A DNA stretch of 64,000 bases, taken from the human T2T-CHM13v2.0 reference genome, Homo sapiens. Where the stretch lies: NCBI RefSeq assembly GCF_009914755.1, contig NC_060925.1; one strand, given 5' to 3'. The position numbers and the translations under genes are program-made. Positions 20,081 through 41,938 of the stretch are shown here, in pieces (positions within the stretch are counted from its first letter, which is position 1; every line of letters starts with the position of its first letter). The notes below the pieces were generated by a model. It was not told the origin of the DNA. It saw only the letters and a list, made by a program, of their open reading frames with translations, and made no database searches.

Positions 20081-20803
20081 TCACCAAGAACTATGGTCCC
20101 TGTAAAATACTAATAGCCAGATACTAGTCTATAAAATGTGAAGTTTTGACATGGTATCCATTTTTTGGAAATAAAATCCAAAACCATTTTTGTTATTGTC
20201 AAAAGTCAAACATGCCAAGTAACTTAGCTATGGCCAGTGTCACCAAGTAAAGCCATACTTGAATGAGATGACAACTGGATACAAAAGCTGGTGAACTGGG
20301 GCCTGGCACAGTTAAGAGTTGTACTAGATCTAGGAAAGGGGTAGAATACATAAAAAGACTCGTCTATGTAATTTAATTCACATTTTCTCCCCTGCATCAC
20401 CTTCCCTTGAGGGTTTCACAAAATGCCAGTGCCCAGAAAGAATCATAATGCTGTAAGTGGCAGGGTAAAAAAAGTCCCCCCACCCCGACTTCCTTGCTGC
20501 TGGGCTATAGGCAAATATTAAAGCATGCATCAGTTACACAAAGCCATCAGTCACCCGTCTGGAAGACTGTGGTGTACAGTTTCCGCCTATGCTGGCTGCA
20601 CTTTTAAAACTAAAATCCCAGGAAACAGAATTATCTTGTTAAAGTTAAAACTTGCATTTTAAAAGGTCATTATCAAAAAATTAAAACTTTACTGGTAGAG
20701 CATTTTGTTTTATAGTATTTCTAAGATCTGGCATATATTTTAAAAAGAGACATACAAACCCACAGAGTAATGTGTTTGTATTAAGAAATTATATATGTGT
20801 GTC

Positions 20804-21128
<325 letters not shown>

Positions 21129-21299
21129 TTATAAAATCCCAACACACAATGAACTTCCTATTGGTGTGCTCTGGCCTCTGAAAAGTAATTGACTCAATGG
21201 TAATTGGCCTTTAGTGACAATGTACTTTAATGATAGTGGCTTATGTGACCTGCAAATGTTAAAGTCCCATGTCTTGCTGAGTTCCTTTGTGATAGTGAG

Positions 21300-21622
21300 T
21301 GATATAGTTTGGTTGTATCCCCACCCAAAATATCATCTTGAATTGTAATCCACATAATCCCCATAATCACCATTTGTCAAGGGGACCAGGTGGAGGTAAT
21401 TGGATCATGGGGGTGGTTCCCCCATGCTGTTCTCGTGATAATGATTTTTCATGAGATCTGATGGTTATATAATCATCTGGTACTCACTCCATCCTGTCAC
21501 CCTGTGAAAAAGGTGCCTGCTTCTCCTTTGCCTTCTGCCATGATTATAAGTATAAACCTCTTTCCTTTATAAATTACCAGTCTCGGGTATTTCTTCATAG
21601 AAGTGTGAGAACGGACTAATAC
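21300..21622 (+). mobile_element. THE1-type MaLR solo LTR
   Basis: tgatatagtttggttgtatccccacccaaa...gtgtgagaacggactaataca. Confidence 0.88.
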
Positions 21623-22032
21623 AGGTTAGTTCTTCTGCAGCTCATCTGCTACTCACAAGTGGAAAGAAGCAGCTCACAGACTCTTCATCTCCAAGAGTCA
21701 GACTTTCAGGGCCTCCCTCAGCAAACCTGCACGGCTTCCTCCAAGGCAGAAGTCCAGGGAATTACTTATGACTAATGCGGTCAGACCCAAAGCAGTCACT
21801 CCACCCAGTCGGAGGGAGTCCTACGCTGGTTGCTGCCTCCCCACCTTCCTCACCCCCATGCTCAAAACTGTGACACCCAGGTCATTGACACCTGTGTCTG
21901 CAGCTGGCAGGGCCACAGTTCTGATCACATTCACACATTCCTTCATTCATCATTTCATTCATTCACACACCTTTATTTGAAAACTGACATATGGTGGATA
22001 CTGATGTTTCTGAGATAAAGTACCCAGTTTGC

Positions 22033-22470
22033 TGTTAATGCAAACTCAATACGGCCTGGGAAGGACTCCGTACTTCTATATTCGAGCCCCTGTGGACGAA
22101 CTGTAACCTAGCTTAATAGGCAGACAAGGTTGAAAACCTAATTTAGGAGTATACACCTGTAACAATTACAATAGTTGAGTCTTGGCCAATCCCAGCAGCC
22201 ATACTTCAACCACTCAGAGACTGCTAAGTGTTCAAACTGTGTTCAAATAAGACAAACACCAGCCTGTAACCAATCCAGCTGTTTCTGTACCTCACTGCCG
22301 ATTTCTGTATGGCACTTCCCTTTCTTTGTCTATAAATTTGTTCTGACCAGGGGGCATCCCTGGAGTTTCTCTAAATCTGCTGTGATTCTGGGGGCTGCCT
22401 GATTGGGGAATCATGCATTGTTCAATTAAACTCATTTAAAATTAATTCAGCTGAAGTTTTTCTTTTAACA
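22033..22470 (+). mobile_element. MER57A-like ERV1 solo LTR
   Basis: TG...CA ends, two CCAAT boxes, tataaa and attaaa; 4-bp TSD ttgc/ctgc; matches the recalled MER57A. Confidence 0.85.
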
Positions 22471-22564
22471 CTGCCCTTACTAACTTCGCAGCCTAGTGGG
22501 GAGAAGTCATGTGACAAATACAAAGTGAGGAAAAAACTCCTTAAACTCCTAAACTGTGCTACCA

Positions 22565-22940
22565 GTGTGCTAATAACAGATTTACGGGGATTATTTCATT
22601 TAATCCTCACAACAACATGAGGAGGTGGATACCATTATTATCTTCATTTCACATAGGCACCCCACCCCCCCAAAGAAAAGAGGATTCAGCAACAGGCACA
22701 GCAATTTGCCCAAGATGACAAAGCTAGAAATGGTGGAAATTAGCCAGGAAGTCACGCTGACTCCAGACTCTGTGTAATTTACATGTCTCAGGCATTTTTA
22801 CAAGAAAAAAAAAAAAAACCAGGCACAGTGTCTCATGCCTGTAATCCCAGCATTTTGGGAGGCCTCAGTGGGAGGATTGCTTGAGCCCAGGAGTTCGAGA
22901 CCAGCCTAGGCAACCCCGTCTCAAAATAAATAAATAAATA
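22565..22940. mobile_element. MIR (antisense, ~22565-22790) and FLAM/Alu monomer (22819-22940, +)
   Basis: ttatttcatttaatcctcacaacaac (MIR); Alu monomer with an (aaat)n tail. Confidence 0.7.
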
Positions 22941-23392
22941 GCTTTTTAATCCTCTAACCTAGCAATTCTGCTTCTAGAGGAATTGTTTTATAATTGTTTA
23001 TAATGGCAAATAAACTGTCCTACATGTCCATCAAGGAGAGCGTGTTTACAAGACTTGTAGTATGCTCACCCCATGAAGTATTTTACACACAGTGATGAAA
23101 ATGAATCCACGATGGCCATAAATGTTAGAAACGTAAGACTGAATTTTTAAAAGCCAAAGACCACACACCATATGATGACATTTTGAAAGCTCAAACCCAG
23201 TAAAAGAAGATAACACATTGTTTTGACAACACACAGCTTAGGTAAGCAGATTTTTTTTTTTAAGTCAGAGAGTGATAAAGACAAACTTTAGGGTAACGAT
23301 CATCTGGGAGGATGGATCTAGGGAAGCAGAAGAAGGAATTAGGGGTGGGGGTTGTCCAAGTAAATGTGAGGCCTTTTGTAATGGTTTAATTC

Positions 23393-23925
23393 CAGGATTG
23401 ACAAGCTAGAGCCTGCAGGCCAAATCTGGCCCTTCAACTGTTTTTGTAAATAAAGTGGGTTTTTTTGTTTTGTTTTGTTTGAGTTGGATTCTCGCTCTGT
23501 TGCCCAGGCTGGAGTGCAATGGTGCAATCTCACCTCACTGCAACTTCCACCTCCTGGGTTCAAGCAATTCTGCCTCAGCCTCCTGAGTAGCTGGGGTTAC
23601 AGGCACCCACCACCATGCCTGGCTAATTTTTGCATTTATAGTAGGGACAGGGTTTCACCATGTTGGCCAGGCTGGTCTCTTTGGTCAGGCTGGTCTCGAA
23701 CTCCTAACCTTGTGATCTGCCCGCCTCAGCCTCCCAAAGTGCTGGGATTACAGGCCATAAAGTTTTATCTGAACACAGACACACCAATTTGTTTACATAT
23801 TGTCTATGCCGGCACTCACTCTACAATAGCAGAAATGAGTAGTTGCAATGGAGACTATACGGCCCATAAAGCTTAAAATATTCGCTATCTGACTCTTTAC
23901 GGAAAAAGTTTGTTGTGACCTCTGT
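23393..23925. mobile_element. MER58A hAT element with an antisense Alu (~23461-23755)
   Basis: ggccaaatctggccc...gtaaataaagt[Alu]ataaagttttat...ctttacggaaaaagtttg. Confidence 0.8.
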
Positions 23926-24087
23926 TCTTGCCTTGGATTGAGTAATAGAGTCCTCTCTTTAATAGCGGTAAGACATTCACCTCTCTGGGTCTCAGTTGCC
24001 CTATCTGTAAATAGGGATGATACTACTCTGTGAAGTAAGAAACTGTATCATCCTTTAATGTATGGAAAGTGGATTAGTGGTTTTTTA

Positions 24088-24106
24088 GGGCCAAGAGGTG
24101 GCGCTG
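24088..24106 (+). promoter_or_regulatory. Candidate CTCF site
   Basis: gggCCAAGAGGTGGCGCtg resembles the CTCF core; the CpG is retained. Confidence 0.55.
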
Positions 24107-24237
24107 GGGGGAGATGAGAATATGGAAATAGGGACTGACTACTAATGAGTAAAAAGTTTCTCTAAGGGGGATAAAAATATTGTAAATTAGACTGTAGTGA
24201 TGATTGCACAACCCTATCAAAAGATCCACGGCTTCCT

Positions 24238-24468
24238 GCGGGATTTCTCAACCTCAGCACGATTGACATTTGGGGCTGGATACTTCCTTGTTGTGGGGCT
24301 GTCCTGTCAATGTAAGATGGTGAGCAGCCTCCCTGGCCTCTACCCATTATGGGTAGTGATGCCAGTAGCACTCACCAAGTTGTGAAAACCAAAATGTCTC
24401 CAGACATTGCCACATATCCCTGGAAGCAGCTAGGGGGAGTAAAATCACCCCCAGTTGAAAAACCACCG
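24238..24468. mobile_element. MER20 hAT element
   Basis: ttctcaacctcagcacgattgacatttgggg...tgtctccagacattgcca...ccccagttgaaaaaccac. Confidence 0.88.
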
Positions 24469-25202
24469 TTCTATAATAATAACCTGAGAAATTTCCTCTG
24501 CACAGCATTACCATAGAAAGGAGAGTCAAAAGTCTTGGAGTAAATAGTAGGACCTTTTTACCATGGAAAATGATCAGCTTTGAATCACTGGGCAGGGACT
24601 GAACTGGGCAAGTCTTTGCAAGGGCAACTTCCAAGGAGCAACAAAGGTGGCACTTGAGTAATTTGGAAAGTGATACTAAGCAAGTTGGAAGGCTGCTGTG
24701 TTCCGCTCATGAAAACATCTGCACCTAAGTGGTAAGAGTTAGCTGTGTGGTCCTGGCCAATTTCCAGCCCAGGTGACTGCAGTCTCCTGTTCTTAGTCTT
24801 CCCTCCAATTTCTGTAGGGCATGGTGCTTTTCTTTACTTCCTGTTCCATACCTGATGACTAAGCCATCATTAGTCTCTTCTAGTGATTAGTTAGGAAATA
24901 TTAATTTTAAATCAGCAAAGCACTAGGGGAAGAAAAGGACAACTTGGGTTTCCCTTTTCATCCCCAAGGGATGTAACAGCGCACCCGTCAAATCCTTGGT
25001 GGAGAGAGAAACCTCCTTGAAATTATCTTGCCAAAAGAGAAAAACGGATTAGCCAATAGTTCATAAATTTGAAAGCATAGGGCTTTCTTTTGATGAAGGC
25101 CACTTCCTAGAGGAATGGAGAGGAAGCTTGATCACAGAGTTTAGACACAGTTGAAGAACCCAGTGCTCCCCATTTCCCCTCCCATACATGTCTCTAATCT
25201 GA

Positions 25203-25582
<380 letters not shown>

Positions 25583-25890
25583 TAAACCGTCAGCCCCGAG
25601 CTTCAACCCTTAGAGGCCTGGTTTCTGCCCAGCATCAAAGTGAATGGGATAGTCCTAAAGGGACCAATTTGTCTAGATTGGTCCAAGACTTGGTGGATTT
25701 TAGCACTGAAGGAGGTCCCGGGCAATCTTTTGGTCCCCAGCAAAACGAAAGGGTTGGATAGCTTAACTCCCTGAAGGCCTCCTCCATATTTCATCTCTTG
25801 TAACCTCGCAGCATCCAGGTCAACCAGTGATTGTGCGTCTTAAAAAAACAGAGCAAACCACTTGAATGAGACAAGCAAATTGCAAATTAA

Positions 25891-25924
25891 CTGCAACTCT
25901 TCCTGATGCCCACCAGAGGGCTCC
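25891..25924 (+). promoter_or_regulatory. Candidate CTCF site with possible upstream (ZF9-11) motif
   Basis: ctgcaactct-N6-tgcCCACCAGAGGGCtcc. Confidence 0.5.
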
Positions 25925-26905
25925 TTCTTCCACATAAACAGCCCTGCTGTGCCCAAAGGAACAGAACCTTCCGGACTAGGAGCAATCAAGTTAAGACGGC
26001 TCTGACAGTCACTGCCTCACAGCAGAAGTAAAAGAAGAGGGCTACGTCAATGTCATTTCTGCCTCTGTTAACAAACAGAAAGCACTGCTTATGAAATGGG
26101 TTCTCCATTCGTGTTCCAGGAATAGCCTTTATTCCAGGTCCTCACCGGAACCTTGCAAAGTGGGAACCGCTGGTGAATGGCCTAAGGTCACAAAACCATC
26201 AAACTTCAAAGACCGCAGTCTTTCCACTGTACCAAGTTACCTTGTTATTTCAAAGAACAGTGAAATGAGAGCGTTACAAGCTGTTCCCTGGGCTTAGGGC
26301 TGTGGGTGTGGACAAGGGAGGCTGGATGTGGACCCAGTGCCTGAAGGGGAATTTGGTCAACAGCCATAATGAAGAGCAGGAATGGGGGTGGGCGTGCAAG
26401 GGCATCGCTTCACCATGTGGACACCAACAGGAGCAAGAGAGTAATGGGGAGGCAGGGACAACCAGCCCTTGTAAATTCCCAACTCTAAGACAGCTGACAG
26501 CAGCAGCTACCATGGCTGCCCCATCTCAGGGAGCTCAGAGCACGCAGCAGATGGGATGCAGGCAGAGAGTTCAAGGCTATTAGGCCTCAGCACTAACCAG
26601 GGAGTCCTTAAGGGAACCAGGTGGGACTGCGTGTGCCCCAGGCTCCAGGCCACCTGTGACTGCCATCTGCCAAAGGAAACCGACAGAGTCACCCCAAACC
26701 AAATTAAGAACCAGAGTGCCAAGAGTACCCATAAAAAGAAAGGGTATCTGCCAGTTGTTGTTAAAGCAAAGAAAAAGGAAGAACATGGCAAGTCTACAAA
26801 TGAGCCATGATATGTGTTAACCCTGGAGTCAGTGCAGAGAACACACAACATTCTAGAAAGGGTTGGGGTAGTTGCGTGGGGAACTTCTCTTAGAACCGAA
26901 ATCTT

Positions 26906-27018
26906 TTTTTTTTTTTTTTTACTTTTTTATTTTTTAATTTATTATTATTATACTTTAAGTTTTAGGGTACATGTGCACAATGTGCAGGTTAGTTACATAT
27001 GTATACATGTGCCATGCT
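26906..27018 (-). mobile_element. Extremely 5'-truncated young L1PA (L1PA2-4-like)
   Basis: Poly-T plus tactttaagttttagggtacatgtgcacaatgtgcagg...gccatgct; TSD tagaacYgaaatctt at 26891-26905 and 27019-27033. Confidence 0.9.
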
Positions 27019-27296
27019 TAGAACTGAAATCTTGCAATTCAGTTCGATTTAGACTCCTCTGCTGCTTTCACCCTTTGCAGACAGGCCCAGCAGCCCTGGG
27101 GTTTGCTTGTTCTCACTTTCTTCTTTTTTGGAGAAAAATTCAGCATTAGGTTTCACTATGGCATAGAATAGTTTTGGTTTTTTTTTTTTCTTTTTGTTTG
27201 TTTGTTTGTTTTTTAGTCAGTCCCTACCATTTTGACAATCACACTTGGAAGACCAGCTGAGCTGTCAGGAAAAGGACTCCTTTCTGCATTACTTTA

Positions 27297-27667
<371 letters not shown>

Positions 27668-28021
27668 TTATCAGCCCTAGCTTGCCACCAAACGAACTAG
27701 GTTATCATTTCTGAGTTGCAAATAATTCTTTCCCCATGGATATATTTTTATCCAGAGTAACATCTGTCTAATTCAAGACTTGAAAAATAAAGCCCACGTG
27801 ATTTCAAGAAAATGAGCACTTTTAAGTCGTGAAGTATGTTGTAGCCTAAAAAAGAAAAACGTAGTCTTCCAAGAGAACCATCTCTCCAGTAAGAAAAAAA
27901 AAAAGTTCTTTGACTGACAGCTCTTTTCAAGTGCAAATGAGAGTGACAGCAAGAAGAGGTTTAAAATTCTCATTGGGTTGGAGGATACTTCTGCTTTTTT
28001 AATGTAAATATTGATATGTAA

Positions 28022-28695
<674 letters not shown>

Positions 28696-29497
28696 TCATG
28701 CTCAGGTTTTTATACATATGCTCCAGTTCCTTTCCTCGGTAGACCCTGTATTCTTTTCTTTCTGTTTTGAGATGGGGTCTCACTTTGTGGCCCAGGCTCG
28801 TCTCAAACTTCCAAGCTCAAGTGATCCTCCTGCCTCAACCTCCCACATAGCTGGGATTACAGGCACTTGCCACTGTTCCTGGCCTGTTTCCTTTATAATG
28901 CCCTTCTGGGAAGGCAGAGAGTGTGCATTGTGGCTAATTTCAAGAAGGCAACTCTAAAGAGCACCCCAAAAACTTGCCCATAAATCAGTGAAAGAGCCAA
29001 TATGATTATATAAGTGACGATCTCATTGTTTTTCTATCTGGTTAAAGTTTTTTTCACCAGACTTGTGAAAAAAGGAGTTGAATATACCGATGTCCAAAAC
29101 ACACACTTCCATATAGAGCGGGAGGGAATGTTGTGGAGCCACCATGGACAGAAGGGTGGCAATACGAAAACCTCAATCAGTGTTTCTCAGACTAGCTGCA
29201 TCTGTAGGGTATTTAGTGGAGCTCTGCTGTACAGGCAGCTATCTGCATTTAGGTCAACATATTTTAAACTTCATTATAGTTCTTTGATACTTAAGCACTA
29301 TTGATATTTAATAGTGCTTTGATATTTAATATTTGATATATAAATATATGTTTGATTTCATATTTGATTTACTATTTGATATATAAAAGCACTTTGATAT
29401 TTAAGCACAAAGAGGCATTTTAAAATTAAGAATAATAATTGTTTATATTAGTGAGCAGGATAATACTCTCTTCTCTTTTAAGAAGGCGTCCATCTTT

Positions 29498-30243
29498 TTG
29501 TTTTTTGCTTTCTAGTTAACACATAAAGTTTATTTTTTTAATTTATTTTTAAATTTTACTTTAAGTTCTGGGATACATGTGCAGAACATGCAGGTTTGTT
29601 ACATAGGTATACATGTGCCATGGTGGTTTGCTGCACCCATCAACCCGTCATCTAGGTTTTAAGCCCCACATGCATTAGGTATTTGTCCTAATGATCTCCC
29701 TCCCCTTGCCCCCCACCACCCGACAGGTCCTGGTGTGTGATGTTCCCCTCTCTGTGTCCATGTGTTCTCATTGTTCAACTCCCACTTATGAGTGAGAACA
29801 TGTGGTGTTTGGTTTTCTGTTCCTGTGTAAGTTTGCTGAGAATGATGGCTTCCAGCTTCATCCATGTCCCTGCAGAGGACATGAACTCATTCTTTTTTAT
29901 GACTGTGTAGTATTCCATGGTGTATATGTGCCACATTTTCTTTATCCTGTCTATCATTGATGGGCATTTGGGTTGGTTCCAAGTCTTTGCTATTGTGAAT
30001 AGTGCTGCAATAAAGATATGTGGGCATGTGTCTTTATAGTAGAATGATTTATAATCCTTTGGGTATATACCCAGTAATGGGATTGCTGGGTCAAATGGTA
30101 TTTCTGTTTGTAGATCCTTGAGGAATCGCCACACTGTCTTCCACAATGGTTGAACTAATTTACACTCCCACCAACAGTGTAAAAGCATTCCTATTTCTCC
30201 ACAGCCTCGGCAGCATCTGTTGTTTCTTGACTTTTTAATAATC
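29498..30243 (-). mobile_element. 5'-truncated L1PA (L1PA7/8-like) with the ORF2p C-terminal segment
   Basis: ORF 29775-30245 reads CCRGCGEIGMLLHCWWECKLVQPLWK...MFSLISGS* (ORF2p C-terminus); TSD aagaaggc.t.catcttt at 29480-29497 and 30244-30261. Confidence 0.93.
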
Positions 30244-30339
30244 AAGAAGGCCTACATCTTTCGTTGATGATGGACAGGTTGAACCAAAATCTGGTTCCAA
30301 ATCCAGTTGGTTTTGTCTTGTATTTCTTACTAGTTGATA

Positions 30340-31522
<1,183 letters not shown>

Positions 31523-31886
31523 CTAACTTAAAAGTTCCTAATTCATAATTTGTGACATTGAGAATGGCAGCAAGCATTTGGTGGCTCTCCCAGGCAGCTC
31601 TGAAGATGCAGCTAGAACAAGGACTAGAAATCACAGACCGATCTCTCAGGGAAGTCTCCTTCCCAGGCTGCTTCCCAGGCTCACCCAACCAGCAAGTCCA
31701 TTTGAAGCTGGAAGATTCTGTGTCCATTTGGGAGGTAGTCAACTATGAATTCCTCTCTCCACTTTGGCTGCTATTGTCAGGTAAGCATTCCTTTTTGTTG
31801 TGTTGCATTTGAATGTGTTACTAAGATTATTTCCAATAATACTTCATTGAGTTACTTCTTCATGGAGTATAGAAAATTCCTGATTT

Positions 31887-32341
<455 letters not shown>

Positions 32342-32579
32342 TGATTTGTAAGGAAGAAGAAATCAAACTCTTTATGATTAGACCAGGTGCATCACAATTT
32401 GATCTTAAAAATCTGAACCTCTTATAGCTTCAGTGCTAAAATCATGCAGTGTCATCCCTTGAGTAGGAGGCTCAGGTTGGCTGTGAAACTCAACACACAC
32501 AGCACCAGTCTTGATAGAAGTCGTTCTGATTGTATTATCAGAGCAAGGAAGAAATATTTTTATTATCATTCAGTGTTGA

Positions 32580-32938
<359 letters not shown>

Positions 32939-33173
32939 AAGTTGTTTCTTAAAGTTATTTAGTTTTCCAGACATATGGTATTGCTGTGGTCATCTTTTGT
33001 TATTAAATCCTAATTTTATTGCATTATAGCTGAAAAACCTGGTCAATATGTTATGTATGATCCTGTTCCCTTGGAATTTATTGAGGTTTCTTTTATGGCC
33101 TAATTTATGGTCTATTTTTATTAATATTTTTTCCATATGTACTCAAAAATGTGCAGAAAAAGATGATATATTC

Positions 33174-33798
<625 letters not shown>

Positions 33799-34002
33799 CT
33801 ATTCTTTAATATACAGAGTTTCTTCTCCCTCTCACAACTGTATACATACATATTATACAAACATATATTAATATAAGTAATATGTATTCTATATAAACAT
33901 ATGCATGTGTACATATGTTTATATATGTATATTTATATAGCTTGAATTTATTAATTATATTTTTTAGATCTTTGCTATCTGTGTTTTTTTCCCAAAGAGA
34001 AG

Positions 34003-34885
34003 TTTTTGTTTTTCTTTTTAAGAGACTATGGGTCTTGCTGTGTTGCCCAGGCTGGACTCAAGCTCCTGGACTCAAATGATCCTCCTGCCTCAGTCTCTAG
34101 AGTAGCTGGGACTAGAGGTGGGCACCACCATGCCCAGCTTTTATCTGTATTTTTGATCTCCTTGTCCTATGAGTTTCTATGAAGGTTTGTTGACATCTCT
34201 AATGATACCTCTTGATTCATCTATGTTTTAAAACTCATTACTCATTGCTTGATAAATGTTGGAGCCGTAGAGTTAGCAGCATGTATGCTTACAATTGTAC
34301 ACTCTCAGTGAGAAGCAGGATGAAGAGGAGGCAGTTTGTCTGGACTGAGATCCACGAACCCTGGGAATCTGGAGGCAGAGGGTATTGTTGAGATGACCAG
34401 AAAGCAGCCAGTTGGCCCACATCTATTTCATCAAGTCCTCAGCCCGGTGGAGGTTTGTGCTGCCCTCAGACACCAGTGACCTGGGATTTCTGCAGTCAAG
34501 AGGGAGCTAATAATGGTGCCAGGGTCACTTGGGGGAAGAAGCAAGAGCAGGACTTAAGATCTTTCCCCCAGTCTGAGCTCTTCATGCCACTGCCAGCTGC
34601 TTCTGCCCCGGCTGGAATCACCAACATCCCACAGCCCCTCCTGGGCAGCTTCAGTTAGGATGTCTAACTTCAGTTCCTGTTTTCGTTTGTTTGTGGAAAC
34701 CATACTCTCTGTTTTTTAAGAAATCGTTTCTCACAGGAGGCTGAGGCAGGAGAATCGCTTGAACTTGGGAGGAGGAGGTTGTGGTGAGCTCAGATCATGC
34801 CATTGCACTCCAGCCTGGGCAACAAGAGTGAAACTCCATCTCACAAAATAAAATAAAATAAAATAAAATAAAATATAAAATAAAA
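34003..34885. mobile_element. FLAM (34003-34138, -) and 5'-truncated Alu right arm (34734-34885, +)
   Basis: Alu monomers; the second has TSD aaatcRtttctc and an (aaaat)n tail. Confidence 0.8.
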
Positions 34886-35139
34886 ATCATTTCTCCAAGG
34901 TTGATTTTGGGGGCAAGGAAACTGCAACCTGCACTGGTTTGCCATTTTGACACAAATCAGAAAAATTACCCCTGCATCCAAAAAAAAAAAAAAGGTGTTC
35001 ACTTAGTTTTCCCTTCAGTCATCTGTGGTACTTTCCTTCTCAGCCTATGTATTCAAAGTGTACTTACAGCTTAGTTTATTGCACCACATGCTCAAAGGAT
35101 GTAATTCAGTGATAGAGATTTGATTATCTTTGCAATTTT

Positions 35140-38200
<3,061 letters not shown>

Positions 38201-38644
38201 TACATCAGTATTTGATATTTGAATATTTCATGCAGACAGCATGGATTACAATGACATCTGTTTCTTTTTACTCTTTCAGTAATTGCCACTAGAAAATTTA
38301 AGATTATGTATATGGCTCACATTCTATTTTGATTGGACAGCACTGATCTGAGGTAGGGCAGGTTCCTGGGATTGGATGTTCTGGGCTGGGATCTTTTGTG
38401 ATTCTCTCGGCCCTTCTCTCTTTTCTGTGTAAGTGTTATGCTCAAGCTGTTTCATGTAACGTCACAAGTGACTGCAGGTAAAATTGGGGTGACATTCTTT
38501 TTTGTTCATGTCTAACAGGAAAGAGGAAAAGAGAAAAACAGACTATCAATTGTGGGATTTTAGCTCTTCCCTTCACTTGAATTGTCTCCAGAAATAATCA
38601 TATGTCCAATCCCAGTACAATAACAGCTTCCAGGAGAATGGCAC

Positions 38645-39008
38645 TGTATTAGTCCGTTCTCATGCTGCTAATAAAGACTTACCTGAGACTGGCTAATTTA
38701 TAAAGGAAAAGGTTTAATGGACTCATAGTTCCAAATGACTGGGGAGGCCTCACAATCATGGTGGAAGGCAAAGGAGGAGCAAAGTCACGTCTTACATGGT
38801 GGCAGGCAAGAGAGAGCATGTGTAGGGGAACTGCCCTTTATAAAACCATCAGATCTCTTGAACCTTATTCACTATCATGAGAACAGCACAGGAAAGACCC
38901 ACCCCATGATTCAATTACATCCCACCAGGTCCCTCCCACAACACGTGGGAATTATGGGAGCTACAATTCAAGATGAGATTTGGGTGGGGACACAGCAAAG
39001 CCATATGA
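38645..39008 (-). mobile_element. THE1 solo LTR
   Basis: tgtattagtccgttctcatgctgct...gggacacagcaaagccatatga; 5-bp TSD ggcac. Confidence 0.92.
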
Positions 39009-40106
39009 GGCACACACTGATTGGCTGCATTCTGATTTTCCCACCTATTATAGAAAAAGGAGTGGGATTATCATGATTAGATTAGCCTATTCCAGCTCCA
39101 CCTCCAAGACGATATCCTCTTGGGGAGGACAACTGAACAAAATATGGCTTCTGTTATGTAAGCAAAAAAGGTGAAGACAACCTGGGCAGACAAACAGCAG
39201 AGTCTGCTCCATCTAATTTCAAACTTCTTTCTGTTGGTGTTTCTCTACTTAAAGAAGCAGGGTTATTCATTCTATTCATCTTTATATCCCTAGCAGCTAA
39301 CATGGAACTCATGATGGTGGAGGTCATCTGACTCTGGTGGTAACAAAGCTTCATTGATGAGTTTTGGGGTTCCCATGGACAGCAAGCAGATCTCATATAA
39401 CTGAAGATCCTAGCTTCTTTCTCAGGTTTCCTGCAGTGTTTATTTGGAATTTAACTTCTAATGCAGACAAGAAAATAGAATCAAGGGGCCAGAGCTAAAG
39501 TGTCTTCACATTGTATCTTTTTTTGGTGTTTCTAACTGGATCTGTGATTTAAAGTTAAAACATTAATCTGTAAGTTCATACAGACCCTGGTTCCATAGTA
39601 AAAAGCTGATGGCAGGTACAGCTTGCTTTCTAGATCTTACTGAGGTTAGGCACAGAATTTAGCTTTGATAACCAACTTCTCCATCTCTAGTTCATTCTGC
39701 TGTCATGTGACACCATACCTTCCCACAGGGTGGCTCCTCTCTACCCCATAGCCATATTACTTGACTGCTTTCTTCCCAACTTTATTGCCACCAAACTCAT
39801 TTTCTTCTAATTGGAAAAACAGTTTCTTCGGAAATCATTTTCTCTGCCAAGGTTGGCGTCAGTTTCATTTTCCTGCATACTTTCCATGGGTTTGTTTGAA
39901 TTACAGATGGCTTAACCTCTCATCTCAGTCTCTTCCAGCATCAGTACCTCAGAGCTCTTGGAAATAACTTGATCCTCGGAAAAACAAAACTCCACTTTCT
40001 AGTCTGACTTTCAGTATCATTCATAAATTGCCAGTGTTGCATGGAATTTTCCTGCCTGATCTCTAAATGGAAAAGAGAGTCATGGTATTGGGAACAAAAA
40101 TTGGCA

Positions 40107-41213
<1,107 letters not shown>

Positions 41214-41598
41214 GGGAGATACAATTTTTACAGCACACTGAACTCATAATCCCACCCCTCCCATATTCAATCCACAAACATGTTGAGTACCCGCTATGGG
41301 TAAGGCACTGTGGCAGAGGTAGAGGAGATATCCCTCTTTGATGAACACATGCCACCATGTCCTACTATGTGAGAGATTCCATCATAAATGGCTTATTTTT
41401 ATGTGCATTGTCTCTAACTTCATAACCTCCCACTGAGGCAAGTATTATTGTTATTAAACCTTTGGCACTATCATTGTTATTCATGGAGAGCTTGTAAGGT
41501 TTAGTGACTTGTCCAAGGTCACACAGCTAGTAAGTGGTGGAGGCAGAATTTAAACCCAAGACTACTAAGTGCAGAGCGTAAAGCTGACTTTCACACTG

Positions 41599-41938
41599 CT
41601 ATGAAGAAATACCCAAGACTGGGTAATTTATAAAGGAAAGAGGTTTAATTGACTCACAGTTCTGCATGTCTGGGGAGGCCTCAGGAAATTTACAATCATG
41701 GTGGAAGGGGAAGCAAACACATCCTGCTTCACAAGGCGGCAGGAGAGAGGAGTGCCAAGCAAAGGGGGAAAAGCCCCTTATAAAACCATCAGCTTTCATG
41801 GGAACTAATTCACTATCATGAGACCAGCATGGGGGAAACTGCCCCCATGATCCAATGACTGCCCACCGGGTCCCTCCTATGACACATGAACTACAGTTCA
41901 GGATGAGATTTGGGTGGGGACACAGCCAAACTATCTCA
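41599..41938 (-). mobile_element. THE1/MST-type MaLR LTR, preceded by a MIR
   Basis: gctatgaagaaatacccaagactgggtaattt...gggacacagccaaactatctca. Confidence 0.85.
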
